A program made the position numbers and the translations under genes. The notes beneath the pieces are model-generated. The model searched no databases. It had not been told where the DNA came from and saw nothing but the letters and a program-made list of their open reading frames with translations. Positions 19,555-29,341 of a DNA stretch of 64,000 nt are shown in pieces. This stretch comes from a virus. Taxonomy: Duplodnaviria > Caudoviricetes. How positions within the stretch are numbered: the first letter of the stretch is position 1; every line of letters begins with the position of its first letter. The stretch is from the IMG/VR virus record IMGVR_UViG_3300028410_000746. One strand, given 5' to 3'.

Positions 19555-22131
19555 TCAGGTCAGGGGGTTGCCCTTGAGGCGGTAGACTGCGGCACAGGTG
19601 GTGTTGCTCGTATCAGCAAAGCCTACGCGGTTCTGAGCGCTCGCCTGCACGTAGTCAGCGACCACCACGAGCACAAGAGAGCCTTGACGTGCGAAGTCCG
19701 TCTCCTGCTCAATACGGCCGATGAAGGCGATGAACATCTTGTGCTCACTGATCGCAGACAGCGACTGGGCGAGGGCTGCCGGGCGATAAGCCGTCAGGTC
19801 CACGCTCGTGTAATGGTCAAGGAACTCGGCGTTCTCGGTGGTGACGTTGATCGGATCTCGGAAGGTGAACGACTCGACCGGGACCAGAGGCACCAGCGTG
19901 TTCAGCTCCACAAAGCCCGTCGTCGCGTCGAAGTCATCAATCGAGATGGGCCCCGGCGCGCTAAGCTCGGCCTCCGAATCATACGGAGCGTCCACGTGCA
20001 CCGGGATCTGAGCCATCGGCGCTTCGTACGGGTAACTCGTCAAAGGAGACCCGGACCCCGTAGTCCCCACGCGCATGCGGGGCGAGATCGCGAGAGGCTT
20101 GACCACCAAGTCGTTGTTGGGCGTGACGTTCTGGAGGAACTCGAACTGAATCGTCTGCACCGAATGCGTCAAGTAGTAGAGCGTGATCGGTGTACCGTTG
20201 GTCGAGAACGCGCGCGCCGGGAAGAACGTGACATCCACCTCCTCATCCGGATTGGGCAGGACGCCACTAATACCTACCTGACGTCCCGCCGTCCTCGACG
20301 CATCCACGACGTAGACCGGACCTCCGCCCGTACCCTGAACCGAGACCACACCATTGGTCGAACCTCCAGCCGCCTCATAGAGGAACTCAGGCAAGATCAC
20401 CGTGGTCGTGTCGCTGGCGAACACCGTGAGGGTCACGGCGGCGTCCGTCGTATAGGTTGCCGAAACCTCTCGATGCGGGCCGTCCTCATAGTCGACCTGG
20501 AGGTAGGGACGAATCGCCGCCTGCCCCGCTGCGTTGTTCGTGAAGACGACCCCAATTGCACCGTTGAAGGCGGTGGGGTCGTGCACCGTAGCCACGAAGT
20601 TCGAGGGCACGCCGTCAACGTGTGCGTTAAGCCCAGCTCCCACGGGGTAGAGGACCTCGAAGGTTACCCAAAGGTCTGCCGTCGATGCCACGGTAGGAGG
20701 CGCCCCCAGGGTCACCTCGACCGTCTGTGTACCCAGGCCCGTGATCTGCTCGAAGACGTAAGGCTGCGTGCCCGTCGTGGGGCCCGCCTCATTGAGGGTG
20801 ACCTCCAGGACATCTATGATCACCGTACCGGCCGGCTGCTCATCCGAGAGAGGCTGACCCAGGGTCGAGTTGGCGGTCAGGTCAAGGGCCACCGTATCTC
20901 CCGCCGTCCAGGTCCCGCCAGGAGGCGCAAAGACGACCACGTGCTGCTGCGCCACGGGTCGGTCCGAATAGATCGTACGGATACCGTCCGGAGAGCCGAA
21001 GGTGTTACCCGAAGACGGGTCCGACGGGATCGCCGTTGAGGGGATGAGGTCGTCAGCCTTGAGAACTTGCGTACCTGCCAGCTCCGAGCCTCCCACGTAG
21101 AAGCCCGTGCTCGCAGTGTTCGTGGCCCACGTACGCAGGTTGTGGTCCATCAAGAGGCCCAGTGAGCGTTCTACCTCGTGCCCAAGGTCAAACCCCGTAA
21201 ACGAGACGCGGTTTCGCATATCCTGGAGGTCACCAAAGACGACCTCATCAGAGTAGCGGCCATCCGGACGGTCTGGGGTCCCCGAGACGATCTGAGAGCC
21301 CCCGTTACCATTGCCCGTGAGGTCGAAGGGCTGCGTGTTGAGGCGGTAGACCAGGGTGATGGGGATCGAGTAAACGTAGCCATCGGTCGTGCCGAGAGCG
21401 TTTGCCGGGTCACCGTCTCCAGCGCGCCACAGTCCCGCATCACCATCTACCCCGGTGTACGCGAAGGCGGACAGGGCGCCCAGAGGACCCTGTGCAAAGA
21501 CGTTAGCGTCCGTGTAACCCAGCTTGTTTGCCGTGGAGGAGAGACGCTGTGAGGTGATCCTGTACTGAATCTGGACCCGACGTGTCGTCTCGGTGTTGAT
21601 CACGGGATCTGTATCAATCAGATCGTCTGTGAGCCACGTCGCAGCCAAGGCCTCAACGTTGCCGTTCGGGTAGACCTGAGTGGCGCTTGGCTTGTTGTCG
21701 GTCGAAGGATTGGGAGCGACCACCGCGCGCCATACCTCAAGATACACGAAGTCTACGGCAATGGTGCCCGCTGAAGCAGGAGGAGCTGCCAGCGTGATCA
21801 CGTTCTCGGAGGCGGTGTCCGTGCCCGTGTACTCCAGGGGGAGGACCCAGCCGTTGACGTGCACCACGGGGCGGTTGATCAGGTGCAGGGTGTTCGACTC
21901 GGTGCGGAAGTCAAAGGACGCGTTCGTGTCAGACTCGAAGTCTCCGGTCAAGAACCCCGAGGGGGTCTGCTGGCGGAGTACTTCGCGAGCCTTGTGCGAC
22001 GCGATGTCCTGGTTGAGAATCAGCTCGCTGTCGAGCACCCCCTTTCCCTTCTGGAAGACCACCACGTCATACCCCGTCCCCTCAGGGTCGAGGAATCGGC
22101 TCACGCCTGTGCCATAATCGTTATCAGCCAT
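19555..22131 (-). CDS. Baseplate/tail structural protein, paralog of 8076-12500
   Basis: Shared N-terminal motifs GVSR..VFQK...LDSEL, VNGW, FVYLEVW, ETTRRVQIQYR, GLWRAGDG, DGYVY.IP. Confidence 0.7.
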   Translation of the reverse strand: MADNDYGTGVSRFLDPEGTGYDVVVFQKGKGVLDSELILNQDIASHKAREVLRQQTPSGFLTGDFESDTNASFDFRTESNTLHLINRPVVHVNGWVLPLEYTGTDTASENVITLAAPPASAGTIAVDFVYLEVWRAVVAPNPSTDNKPSATQVYPNGNVEALAATWLTDDLIDTDPVINTETTRRVQIQYRITSQRLSSTANKLGYTDANVFAQGPLGALSAFAYTGVDGDAGLWRAGDGDPANALGTTDGYVYSIPITLVYRLNTQPFDLTGNGNGGSQIVSGTPDRPDGRYSDEVVFGDLQDMRNRVSFTGFDLGHEVERSLGLLMDHNLRTWATNTASTGFYVGGSELAGTQVLKADDLIPSTAIPSDPSSGNTFGSPDGIRTIYSDRPVAQQHVVVFAPPGGTWTAGDTVALDLTANSTLGQPLSDEQPAGTVIIDVLEVTLNEAGPTTGTQPYVFEQITGLGTQTVEVTLGAPPTVASTADLWVTFEVLYPVGAGLNAHVDGVPSNFVATVHDPTAFNGAIGVVFTNNAAGQAAIRPYLQVDYEDGPHREVSATYTTDAAVTLTVFASDTTTVILPEFLYEAAGGSTNGVVSVQGTGGGPVYVVDASRTAGRQVGISGVLPNPDEEVDVTFFPARAFSTNGTPITLYYLTHSVQTIQFEFLQNVTPNNDLVVKPLAISPRMRVGTTGSGSPLTSYPYEAPMAQIPVHVDAPYDSEAELSAPGPISIDDFDATTGFVELNTLVPLVPVESFTFRDPINVTTENAEFLDHYTSVDLTAYRPAALAQSLSAISEHKMFIAFIGRIEQETDFARQGSLVLVVVADYVQASAQNRVGFADTSNTTCAAVYRLKGNPLT

Positions 22132-22170
22132 GTGTCGTCACCCGTGTATCAGGACCATCAGAGGAGGGAA

Positions 22171-22821
22171 TCAAAACGTCAGCCGCCACGTCAGCGTGAG
22201 CCGCGCCGTGGCCGGCTTGTTGATCACGGGGAACGTCAGATAGTTGCACAACATATCACTCCCCGTCACGTCGACGGCCGCATCATACGCCCCGTTGGCC
22301 GGAAGGATCGGGTTGGTCACGGAGAGGTCCTCGTTTACGTCACCACCAATCAGCCCCATCTCCACGAGCGTACCGACCGCCTCACTTTGAGCGAACGTCG
22401 CCGTGAAGTCGATCACGTTGGTAGGGTAGAGAACCGGTGATCCGCCCGAATCTACAAAAGTCGTGGACGAGAAGGTCTTGCGTGACAGCTCCGAGTAGAG
22501 GGAGCGCTGCGTGTTCGTCTCGGCGGGAGGGTTCTGGAGATCCCAGCCCACATCTCCCGTGCCAATCGCCAGCGCGTAGATGCCGTGGCGGGGCTCCAGG
22601 GGGTTGACCGCCAACCGCGCCAGAAGAAGGCTCAGGTCGAGCGTGACCACGTTGTGCACCTCGAAGGTCTCCACGCGGCCGTCGTCATGCTCCAGGCGAA
22701 AGAACACATTTCCACGGATACCCTGCTTACGCTTGCCGAGGTATCGGTCCTCATAAAGAGAGCCGAGCGCGGACCGCGCCGAAGCGACCAGGGCACGGAG
22801 CTTGTCTTGGTAGGTGGGCAT
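22171..22821 (-). CDS. Baseplate/tail-associated protein
   Basis: Start MPTYQ at 22821; HNVVT...AIGTG...L.SEL.RK...F...EAVG.L.EMGL...INK....L.LTW.LTF pattern seen in large-myovirus tail genes. Confidence 0.6.
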   Translation of the reverse strand: MPTYQDKLRALVASARSALGSLYEDRYLGKRKQGIRGNVFFRLEHDDGRVETFEVHNVVTLDLSLLLARLAVNPLEPRHGIYALAIGTGDVGWDLQNPPAETNTQRSLYSELSRKTFSSTTFVDSGGSPVLYPTNVIDFTATFAQSEAVGTLVEMGLIGGDVNEDLSVTNPILPANGAYDAAVDVTGSDMLCNYLTFPVINKPATARLTLTWRLTF

Positions 22822-22839
22822 GGCGACAATGACCTCAAA

Positions 22840-22879
22840 TGTAAGAGACTCGGGGCGGTTACACTCCGAGTCTCTTACA
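22840..22879. other. Perfect 14-bp inverted repeat/hairpin
   Basis: TGTAAGAGACTCGG (22840-22853) and CCGAGTCTCTTACA (22866-22879), just upstream of the 22821 start. Confidence 0.8.
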
Positions 22880-22970
22880 AGTGAATTAGAGAAGCCCCTA
22901 CGCCGACGGCTCAAGCACCTCCGCGATACATTCGCAAAGGTCGTCACAGAAGACCGGCCCCCCGTCCTGC

Positions 22971-23364
22971 GGGAACATCCCCACGTGCGTGGGGAAGGGA
23001 CCTGATGCCCGCGCGTCATGATCTCGGCCACGGGGACATCCCCGCGTGTGCGGGGAAGGGTCGTGTGCCCCCTTCGCGAAGGTCTTTCCGACGGGGACAT
23101 CCCCGCGTACACGGGGAGGGGCTAGCGGCCTCACCCGCGCCCGTTGAATGGACGGGAACATCCCCGCGTGTGCGGGGAGGGGCTCTAGGATACTATGATA
23201 CTTCTTTTCAAAGTGGGAACATCCCCGCGTGTGCGGGGAGGGGGTGCCTGCGGCTCCCGCGAGGCTGACGAAGCTGGGGACATCCCCGCGTACACGGGGA
23301 GGGGGACGGCTCGACCGGGACAGCCTCCGGGACCGGGGGACATCCCCGCGTACACGGGGAGGGG
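22971..23364 (-). CRISPR. Type I-E-like CRISPR array 1: 7 repeats of 29 nt, 6 spacers (31 nt leader-proximal, then five of 32 nt); no cas genes
   Basis: Repeats at 22971, 23032, 23093, 23154, 23215, 23276, 23336; minus-strand consensus CCCYTCCCCRYRYACGYGGGGATGTYCCC with the TCCCC..GGGGA hairpin; 61-bp period. Confidence 0.97.
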
Positions 23365-23504
23365 TCTGTGCCAAGAAGTCACATGAGCGGAATCACGTAA
23401 GTATTCGGTTTTCAAAGACTTTCAGAGTCCAGTGCCAAACAAGGTCACCCTTGGGCGACACTCTCGACGTCCTTATGGTAACCTTGAGGGTGGAGGCGTG
23501 TCAA
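23365..23504 (-). promoter_or_regulatory. Leader and sigma70-type promoter of array 1
   Basis: TTGACA (23504-23499), 18 nt, TACCAT (23480-23475); leader homologous to 42499-42638. Confidence 0.8.
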
Positions 23505-23518
23505 GAGAAATCCCAAGC

Positions 23519-23848
23519 TCACAGCTTCCGAAGAATCGTACGTGAGGTCGCGTCCCCCACGATGGTACAAAGATCAAGCCCGACCCTCCTGAACGACCTC
23601 TGGATCTCATCGTCTGTGATGTTTTCAGGGAGCTTCCAGTCCATCTGGTCCCACATCACCTTCGAGATTTGAGCGCCTAGAGGAGTCTCCAGATCCTCTT
23701 CGCTACGGATCAGGGCGAGGTCCCCCATGAGCAACTCCAGACCTTCCTTATCGGTCTGATCTCCTGATGCCGTGTACGCGTCGTAGATGCTGGCGGCGGC
23801 GCAGTAGATGGGGTCCGTATACGTGGCGTTGGCGTAAACGTAGGACAT
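23519..23848 (-). CDS. Hypothetical protein
   Basis: AGGAG RBS, start MSYVYAN, own promoter. Confidence 0.6.
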   Translation of the reverse strand: MSYVYANATYTDPIYCAAASIYDAYTASGDQTDKEGLELLMGDLALIRSEEDLETPLGAQISKVMWDQMDWKLPENITDDEIQRSFRRVGLDLCTIVGDATSRTILRKL

Positions 23849-23885
23849 GTCGTATCTCCTGTAGTGTCGGATTGTCTTGCACACT

Positions 23886-24152
23886 CTATATACCACAAGC
23901 ATGGTGGTTCGTAAAAGCCATCACGCGTTGGTAGGTCTTTTGAACCTCCTCCACAAGCCTTCGACAGTAGGCTCTCTCAAGGTCAGCGTCGCTAGCCTCT
24001 GGAGGAAGATCCAAGGTCTCGTCGGACCGCAAGGCGGCGAGGAGGAGCTGGCTCGAAGGATTCTGCCTAATGTAGTGCTGGTAGAAGTCTCCAGGGACGT
24101 CGTGACTCCTCAGAGCTGCCAAGGCCTTCTTGTAGTTTTCAGAATCGGCCAT
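23886..24152 (-). CDS. Hypothetical protein
   Basis: 88-aa ORF with GGAG RBS; its TAG lies inside the next promoter. Confidence 0.5.
   Translation of the reverse strand: MADSENYKKALAALRSHDVPGDFYQHYIRQNPSSQLLLAALRSDETLDLPPEASDADLERAYCRRLVEEVQKTYQRVMAFTNHHACGI
23887..23915 (-). promoter_or_regulatory. Conserved phage promoter, copy 1
   Basis: TTTACG-N17(ending TGTGG)-TATATA. Confidence 0.7.
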
Positions 24153-24176
24153 CCTATACTCCCAGTCGCAAGGGGC

Positions 24177-24488
24177 TCAGTTACCGGCACGAGCGATGCG
24201 CCTATGGGCGAACTCCCAGGTGGGGCGGGTCACCCGAGGCATGAGGTCCTTTGCGGCGGCGAAAAACGCCTCGAAGGCCTCTTGCCCGGAACAGTTCAAC
24301 TCTATGTCGTGGTCTTCCCACAGCTCTTCGATGATGCTCTCTCCGAACTCAGATTGGGACAGACCCTCGCCGGGGTCGAGTCGCCAGTCCGAGCACATGG
24401 CGCGGAGCCCAACGTTGGCACTCCGGTCGCTTCCTCGCACGCCGAATGCGTGCTGTATCTTCTGGATCAATTCGGCTTGGTGGTTCAT
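24177..24488 (-). CDS. Hypothetical protein
   Basis: GAGGAG RBS, start MNHQAEL. Confidence 0.6.
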   Translation of the reverse strand: MNHQAELIQKIQHAFGVRGSDRSANVGLRAMCSDWRLDPGEGLSQSEFGESIIEELWEDHDIELNCSGQEAFEAFFAAAKDLMPRVTRPTWEFAHRRIARAGN

Positions 24489-24527
24489 GAGGTCTCCTCT
24501 CGGGTCGGTGTGTTGTCTTACACACTC

Positions 24528-24556
24528 TATATACCACAAGAGAGGTGGGAGGTAAA
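24528..24556 (-). promoter_or_regulatory. Conserved phage promoter, copy 2
   Basis: TTTACC-N17(TGTGG)-TATATA. Confidence 0.7.
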
Positions 24557-24576
24557 AAGAATCTCCCCCCGGACGT

Positions 24577-24972
24577 TCAGGCCTTGCGCCGCTCCATGGC
24601 CAGAACAGCCTCACGGTCGATGCGCTCGGACTGGCGGGCCTTGAGGTAGGCACGAGCGCGGGTCACCACTGCGAGGGTCGGGTGCTTCTTGCACGCGAAG
24701 AACAGGACCTCCACGATCACCGGGTCTTCGAGTCGCACGGTGTCGCACGCGTCGAGGACCGTCTTGGAGAGCATGAGCGTCACCAGATCCTCATCCAGGA
24801 CCTGAGGATCAAGGACCGCGCGAAGGCACAGCATCACCAGCTCACGGGGGTCTCCCAGGGCGAACTGTATCGTCGCCTCCGAGAAGTTCAAGGCGTCGGG
24901 CTTGACCATGCTCGACATGACGTCATGCAGGCTATCAGGAGAGAGGGATGCTTTGGCTCGGAGTAGTGCCAT
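24577..24972 (-). CDS. Hypothetical protein
   Basis: 131-aa helical ORF, GAGGA RBS. Confidence 0.55.
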   Translation of the reverse strand: MALLRAKASLSPDSLHDVMSSMVKPDALNFSEATIQFALGDPRELVMLCLRAVLDPQVLDEDLVTLMLSKTVLDACDTVRLEDPVIVEVLFFACKKHPTLAVVTRARAYLKARQSERIDREAVLAMERRKA

Positions 24973-25001
24973 GGGTACTTCCTCTTACTTGATTTGGTAG
25001 G

Positions 25002-25409
25002 TCAGGAGTTCTTGACAGCGGCTCGAATCAGCTTGCGCATGCCGACGACGCCCTTGATGCCCTTGCGACCGCGACACGCTGCGAAGAATCGCTCGACATG
25101 TACGGACCGGTCCTTCCCCTGCAAGGACGCACAGGCCTCGATCAAGACCTCATTGGTGAAGAGCCCCATGAGCACGGCCTGATCCGCATCCTCATCGCGC
25201 ATCAAACGCGTCGCCGCCTCCACAAGCTCCAGGGACGTCAGCTCGGGCAACGGTTGAAAGAGGTCAACCGTGCTGGTCAGAGTCTGTAGAGCTGCATGCA
25301 CCAGCGTGGCCGGAGACAGACCCGTCTTCTGCTGGAGCGAGGAGAGGAGTTGCTGCACCTCTGAGGGCAGCGTGAGAGAGACGAGAGGTTCTTTGGCAGA
25401 CATGGGCAA
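25002..25409 (-). CDS. Possible ribbon-helix-helix DNA-binding protein
   Basis: VSLTLPSEVQQLLSSLQQKTGLSPATLVHAAL resembles the CopG/RHH pattern; TTGACG-type promoter near 25476-25505. Confidence 0.5.
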   Translation of the reverse strand: MPMSAKEPLVSLTLPSEVQQLLSSLQQKTGLSPATLVHAALQTLTSTVDLFQPLPELTSLELVEAATRLMRDEDADQAVLMGLFTNEVLIEACASLQGKDRSVHVERFFAACRGRKGIKGVVGMRKLIRAAVKNS

Positions 25410-25510
25410 CTCACGGCTTGAGGGAGGTTCTCAAAGGGTATCTTGCTCGGGCGGTGACCCTGCAAGTGAGACTCCTTATAGAACGCTTTACTCAAGGCCG
25501 TCAAGTGCTA

Positions 25511-28500
25511 TTAGGGGAAGTTGACAGGAGTGGTAAAGTCGATGTTGGTGTCCACGCTCGTGATGCTGTTGGCCGTGAAGATCACGGAGTCGGGCTCTCC
25601 CACCTGCGCGACGGGAGCATTGAGCGTAGCCTTGAGGTTGTTCAGGAGACTCGATCCGTAGAAGTCCGAGTACACGCTCGCCCCTCCCGTGAGAGCTTCA
25701 TCCGTCACCGCACCCAGCGCATCCTCTTCGACCACCTCACACTCGACGAGGACGGCCGCGCTCAGGCACAGGAGGTTGGCTCCTGGAGTGTTGAGCACGG
25801 TGTCCACGTCATTCAGGTGCAGGATCTGCCCACGATGGCGAAGGTAGTCGTCCTGCTCCGGGATCGTGTAGACGTCCTCGTAGGGGTCCAGGAGGGCGAT
25901 GTCGCACAGGCTGTCACACGCTGCGGAGAGGAGCCCGGTAGTCCCGAGGACAGACTCGGAGCACAGATCAAGCGATGCCAGGAAGGCGTCCGCGTCCCGT
26001 CGAAAGACGACCGTAACGCCATCCTCCGTGATCGCATAATCACCGTTCCCCAGGAGACGGTCCAGCGGGTCGTTGAGCGTGTCGTCAAACTCCTCCGTCG
26101 CTGTGAACGTCGCTTGGTGGGTGAGCGCGAACGGAGGCGTCCCCTCTCCCAGGCGGATCACCGGGCGGTTGTTCTTGAGGTACGCCTTGGTGTACGGCTT
26201 GCGATGAAAGAGAGTGACCTTGAGCGCGGTCTCCAGGTCCGTCAGCGGAGTCGCGAGCGTGATCTCGTTGGTGTCGCGGTCATAGGTGAACGTATAGCTC
26301 GTGAGACCGTCCTGAGAGGTCACTGAGAGGATGCGGTCTGCAAACATGCCGACCTGACCCACCCGCAAGATCTGGGACGTGTAGGGCGTGATCTCGACGA
26401 TCTCCGGGTCCAGGTCCTCGGTCGGCTCGGGGGAGGTGAGCGTGTTGGACTGGTTGAGGTACGCGTGGGGTAGCGTGCGCTGGTCTTCCCGCTGATTCAC
26501 GATCTCGTAGCGTACGTAGTCCCACTGAGCCTCCGTGTAGGCCTGCGGGTCAAGCGTGCCGAACTGGATGTAGCCGAAGTCCGTGTCGACCCCCTCGCGG
26601 TCCGACCTCAGGGGCAAGTCGAGGTAGGGCACTGAGAGTGCCGGCGTTGCCGATCCTCCCAGGTACACGTCCACCGTCGACGTCGTGTGGACGCGGAGAC
26701 GGACCTCCAAGAATGAGCCAAAGAACTCCGCGTCCTCCACGTCGTACTGGCTGGCGTCGAGCAGCGAACCGGACCCGGTGAGCAGGCCTACCTGACGAGG
26801 CTCGTGTGCCGCCTGATGAGCCACGAAGTAGTCGACCTCAAAGGTGCCTTGGCCGTCCAGGACACCAAAGCGTGCCGAGACGTCTGCCGACCCTGAAGCC
26901 GGAGCAACGAGCACGTCAATCAATCCCAGGTACACGCCGTCCACAAAGACCGTGAGGTTATCGCCTGTACGGACCATCTTGACGTTCTGGAGGCCTTCAA
27001 CCTGCCAGTCATAGGTGAGGCCCACAACAGACCCACCGTCCAGTACAAGCGATCCTGCGCCGTCTACGAGTACGAGCTGAGGTGTGCCGTCGTCGTACGG
27101 GGCGAGGTAGATCTCAAACTCACCATCGTCCACGCCGAATCGCAACGGACACAGGCCGTCCACATCGAGCGTGTAGTCCAGAACAGAGAACCTCGTTTGG
27201 CATACCCAGTCGGTGATTGAGCCCTTGCCCACCTCTACCGCAGACGCATCCGCGAGCACGCCGTCATGCGTGATCCGCAAGCGATGGTCTAGGTACGACA
27301 GCTCGTTGGGATCAAACGTCGAGGTGAAGCCCGCGTCCTCCGGGCTCGTCACTCCGCCGTAGCCGTACAGGAACGCGTCTCCGATGATAGGTGCGTTGTA
27401 GCCGTTGAGGTAGCCCCTGGTCGCCAGGGAGATCGGGTTGACCTGCGACCAGAAGCCTTGAGTGAGCTTGGAGAGCGTATCCGCTCCCTGGAACTGCGCT
27501 GGGGTGCCTCCGTCGAAGAGGCTCACAACGGCCTCTCGGGTCGCGTCTGCCAGCGTCACCGTGGCAGCCAAGCCGCTCGCCCACGCGCTCACGCGCACGC
27601 GGAAGCTCACCTCGTACAGGTTGGATTCCTGGATGAACGGCTCAATGCGTACCCAGTTGTAGCCTCCACCCACAAGAGGTTGCCCGGCAGACTGCGACTG
27701 CACCAGTCCTCCTGCCAGCGTCCCCGCCCACCCCTGATTCTGTGAGACATACCAGGGGGGATCGTCCGCCTCCGGAAGCACCGTCATGTCTGTATCAACC
27801 GAGACCCGACGTGCGACCTCTCGCCCTTGAGCAGGCAGGACCGAGTATCGAACGAAGTCCCAGCCCGACTCATTGACCGCGCGGCGCGAGAGCGACCCGA
27901 AGAAGACTGAGTTCTGACGCAGGAGAGAGAAGATCTCCGGTGCCACGGCCGCGTCGACTTCAGCCACGCGAGCCAGGGCCGGTGCGAAGCCGAATCCAAA
28001 GACCTCCAGGTCTCCGGTCGGGCTCTTCGCGGCGCGGTAGGAGGTCAACTGCGTGAAATCCGCTTCCACGAAGAGGTTCACAGGCCCAAGAGAAGGGAAG
28101 GCCACATCAACGGTCACGTCGTACCCGTCGACCCCTTCGTCGTCGACGTCGAGGACCGTATAGATCACGCCCTCGCTCCAGATACGCGAGCCCACGATCA
28201 AGGGAGGCTCTCCCGTGAAGCGTAGGGACGTGTTGACTCCCAGGGGAGCCTCAACCGTTGCGGTCAAGCCGCTCCAGCTCTCCGCCAGGGTCTCATCCCC
28301 GGCTGACGTCAGCACTCCCACCGTACGGAAAGAGCCAGACAGCTCCAGGAAACCGGTCAGGTAGGCCCTCTCGGTGTCTGCCCAGCCCGCTCCGAGCCCC
28401 GTAAAGACTCCATCTGCCGTGTAGCTCAAGACACGCGTGCGCCAGTTGAGCGTTGAGGTCTGCTCAAAGGTCAGGTCGAGGACGCGGCGAAAGAGAGAGG

Positions 28501-29341
28501 CGAGCCCCTGAGAGTTGTCCACTCCTGTAGACACGTCCTCGATGATGTAGAGGCTGTCTGGCGAGGTGAACGCAGGCGCGCCGAGCGTGGGGCCCGTATA
28601 GGTGAAACCCTCCGGGTGGTCGTCACCCTCAAAGAACACGGCCGTGGGGAGCGTGTTTCGCTGGAACGGAGGCAAGGAGCCACGAAAAGACGGCTCGTTG
28701 AGCACGAGAGACGTGGGATCGTTCAGGACAGCGCTGTACTCATAGTCAAACGCCGTCCACTGGTGACCGATCACCTGCGGCTGGGGTGCTTCGTAGGGCG
28801 CCAGGACCGTCTGGAAGGGGAACGGGTGGCCTTGGGCGTTGGAGCCGTACTGGTTGAGCAGGTAGTTCGAGTTGTTGAGCGCTGCGAATGGGATGGTCGG
28901 GTTAGAGACGTAGCTGTAGTCGAGCAGGACCACATCCCCCGGATCAAGCAGGTCATCCAGGACGATGATACCGGCCACCGGGTCTACAGCGAAGACCACG
29001 ACCTCCACGCCATTGACCTGGACAGTCACGTCCTCGATGTCTGCAAGCTCACCGGAGCCGTCCCCCGTCGTCAAGGGGCCAAACTCGGTATAGATCAGCG
29101 TCGTCTCGAACGGCGTGATCGGCCCTCGGGAGATCAAGTACCCCGAGGTCGCCACGCTCATGAGGTCAACGTTCGCCCAGACACCACGTGTAGGCAGAGA
29201 GGACCCCAGGGGCCCCGCGTTGAAGACCTCAACCGGAATCAGGGCCGCGAGCCCGGAGTCGGTCGCGGAGATCTTGGCCGCCGCCCCTTGCGGATTTGGC
29301 CTACGGTGGACCGTAGGGAAACTAAACGTCAAATCACTCAC
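25511..29341 (-). CDS. Large virion structural (baseplate/tail) protein
   Basis: 1276 aa, acidic and beta-rich, with recurring LN..LLN motifs at both ends. Confidence 0.6.
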   Translation of the reverse strand: MSDLTFSFPTVHRRPNPQGAAAKISATDSGLAALIPVEVFNAGPLGSSLPTRGVWANVDLMSVATSGYLISRGPITPFETTLIYTEFGPLTTGDGSGELADIEDVTVQVNGVEVVVFAVDPVAGIIVLDDLLDPGDVVLLDYSYVSNPTIPFAALNNSNYLLNQYGSNAQGHPFPFQTVLAPYEAPQPQVIGHQWTAFDYEYSAVLNDPTSLVLNEPSFRGSLPPFQRNTLPTAVFFEGDDHPEGFTYTGPTLGAPAFTSPDSLYIIEDVSTGVDNSQGLASLFRRVLDLTFEQTSTLNWRTRVLSYTADGVFTGLGAGWADTERAYLTGFLELSGSFRTVGVLTSAGDETLAESWSGLTATVEAPLGVNTSLRFTGEPPLIVGSRIWSEGVIYTVLDVDDEGVDGYDVTVDVAFPSLGPVNLFVEADFTQLTSYRAAKSPTGDLEVFGFGFAPALARVAEVDAAVAPEIFSLLRQNSVFFGSLSRRAVNESGWDFVRYSVLPAQGREVARRVSVDTDMTVLPEADDPPWYVSQNQGWAGTLAGGLVQSQSAGQPLVGGGYNWVRIEPFIQESNLYEVSFRVRVSAWASGLAATVTLADATREAVVSLFDGGTPAQFQGADTLSKLTQGFWSQVNPISLATRGYLNGYNAPIIGDAFLYGYGGVTSPEDAGFTSTFDPNELSYLDHRLRITHDGVLADASAVEVGKGSITDWVCQTRFSVLDYTLDVDGLCPLRFGVDDGEFEIYLAPYDDGTPQLVLVDGAGSLVLDGGSVVGLTYDWQVEGLQNVKMVRTGDNLTVFVDGVYLGLIDVLVAPASGSADVSARFGVLDGQGTFEVDYFVAHQAAHEPRQVGLLTGSGSLLDASQYDVEDAEFFGSFLEVRLRVHTTSTVDVYLGGSATPALSVPYLDLPLRSDREGVDTDFGYIQFGTLDPQAYTEAQWDYVRYEIVNQREDQRTLPHAYLNQSNTLTSPEPTEDLDPEIVEITPYTSQILRVGQVGMFADRILSVTSQDGLTSYTFTYDRDTNEITLATPLTDLETALKVTLFHRKPYTKAYLKNNRPVIRLGEGTPPFALTHQATFTATEEFDDTLNDPLDRLLGNGDYAITEDGVTVVFRRDADAFLASLDLCSESVLGTTGLLSAACDSLCDIALLDPYEDVYTIPEQDDYLRHRGQILHLNDVDTVLNTPGANLLCLSAAVLVECEVVEEDALGAVTDEALTGGASVYSDFYGSSLLNNLKATLNAPVAQVGEPDSVIFTANSITSVDTNIDFTTPVNFP

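Noticed and set aside
19372-21039. 555-aa plus-strand ORF and other long plus-strand ORFs (e.g. 8751-9857, 10296-11204, 25418-26326, 59467-60501)
   Set aside because: They are antisense shadows of GC-rich minus-strand structural genes, Arg/His-rich with no motifs or RBS.
23398-23410. IHF site in the array 1 and 3 leaders (AACCGAATACTTA)
   Set aside because: Two mismatches to the consensus and a different offset; too weak to call.
22898-23415. ORFs with repeated PRVRGDVP/SPRTRG peptides (also 42218-42725)
   Set aside because: These are translations of the CRISPR repeats, not proteins.
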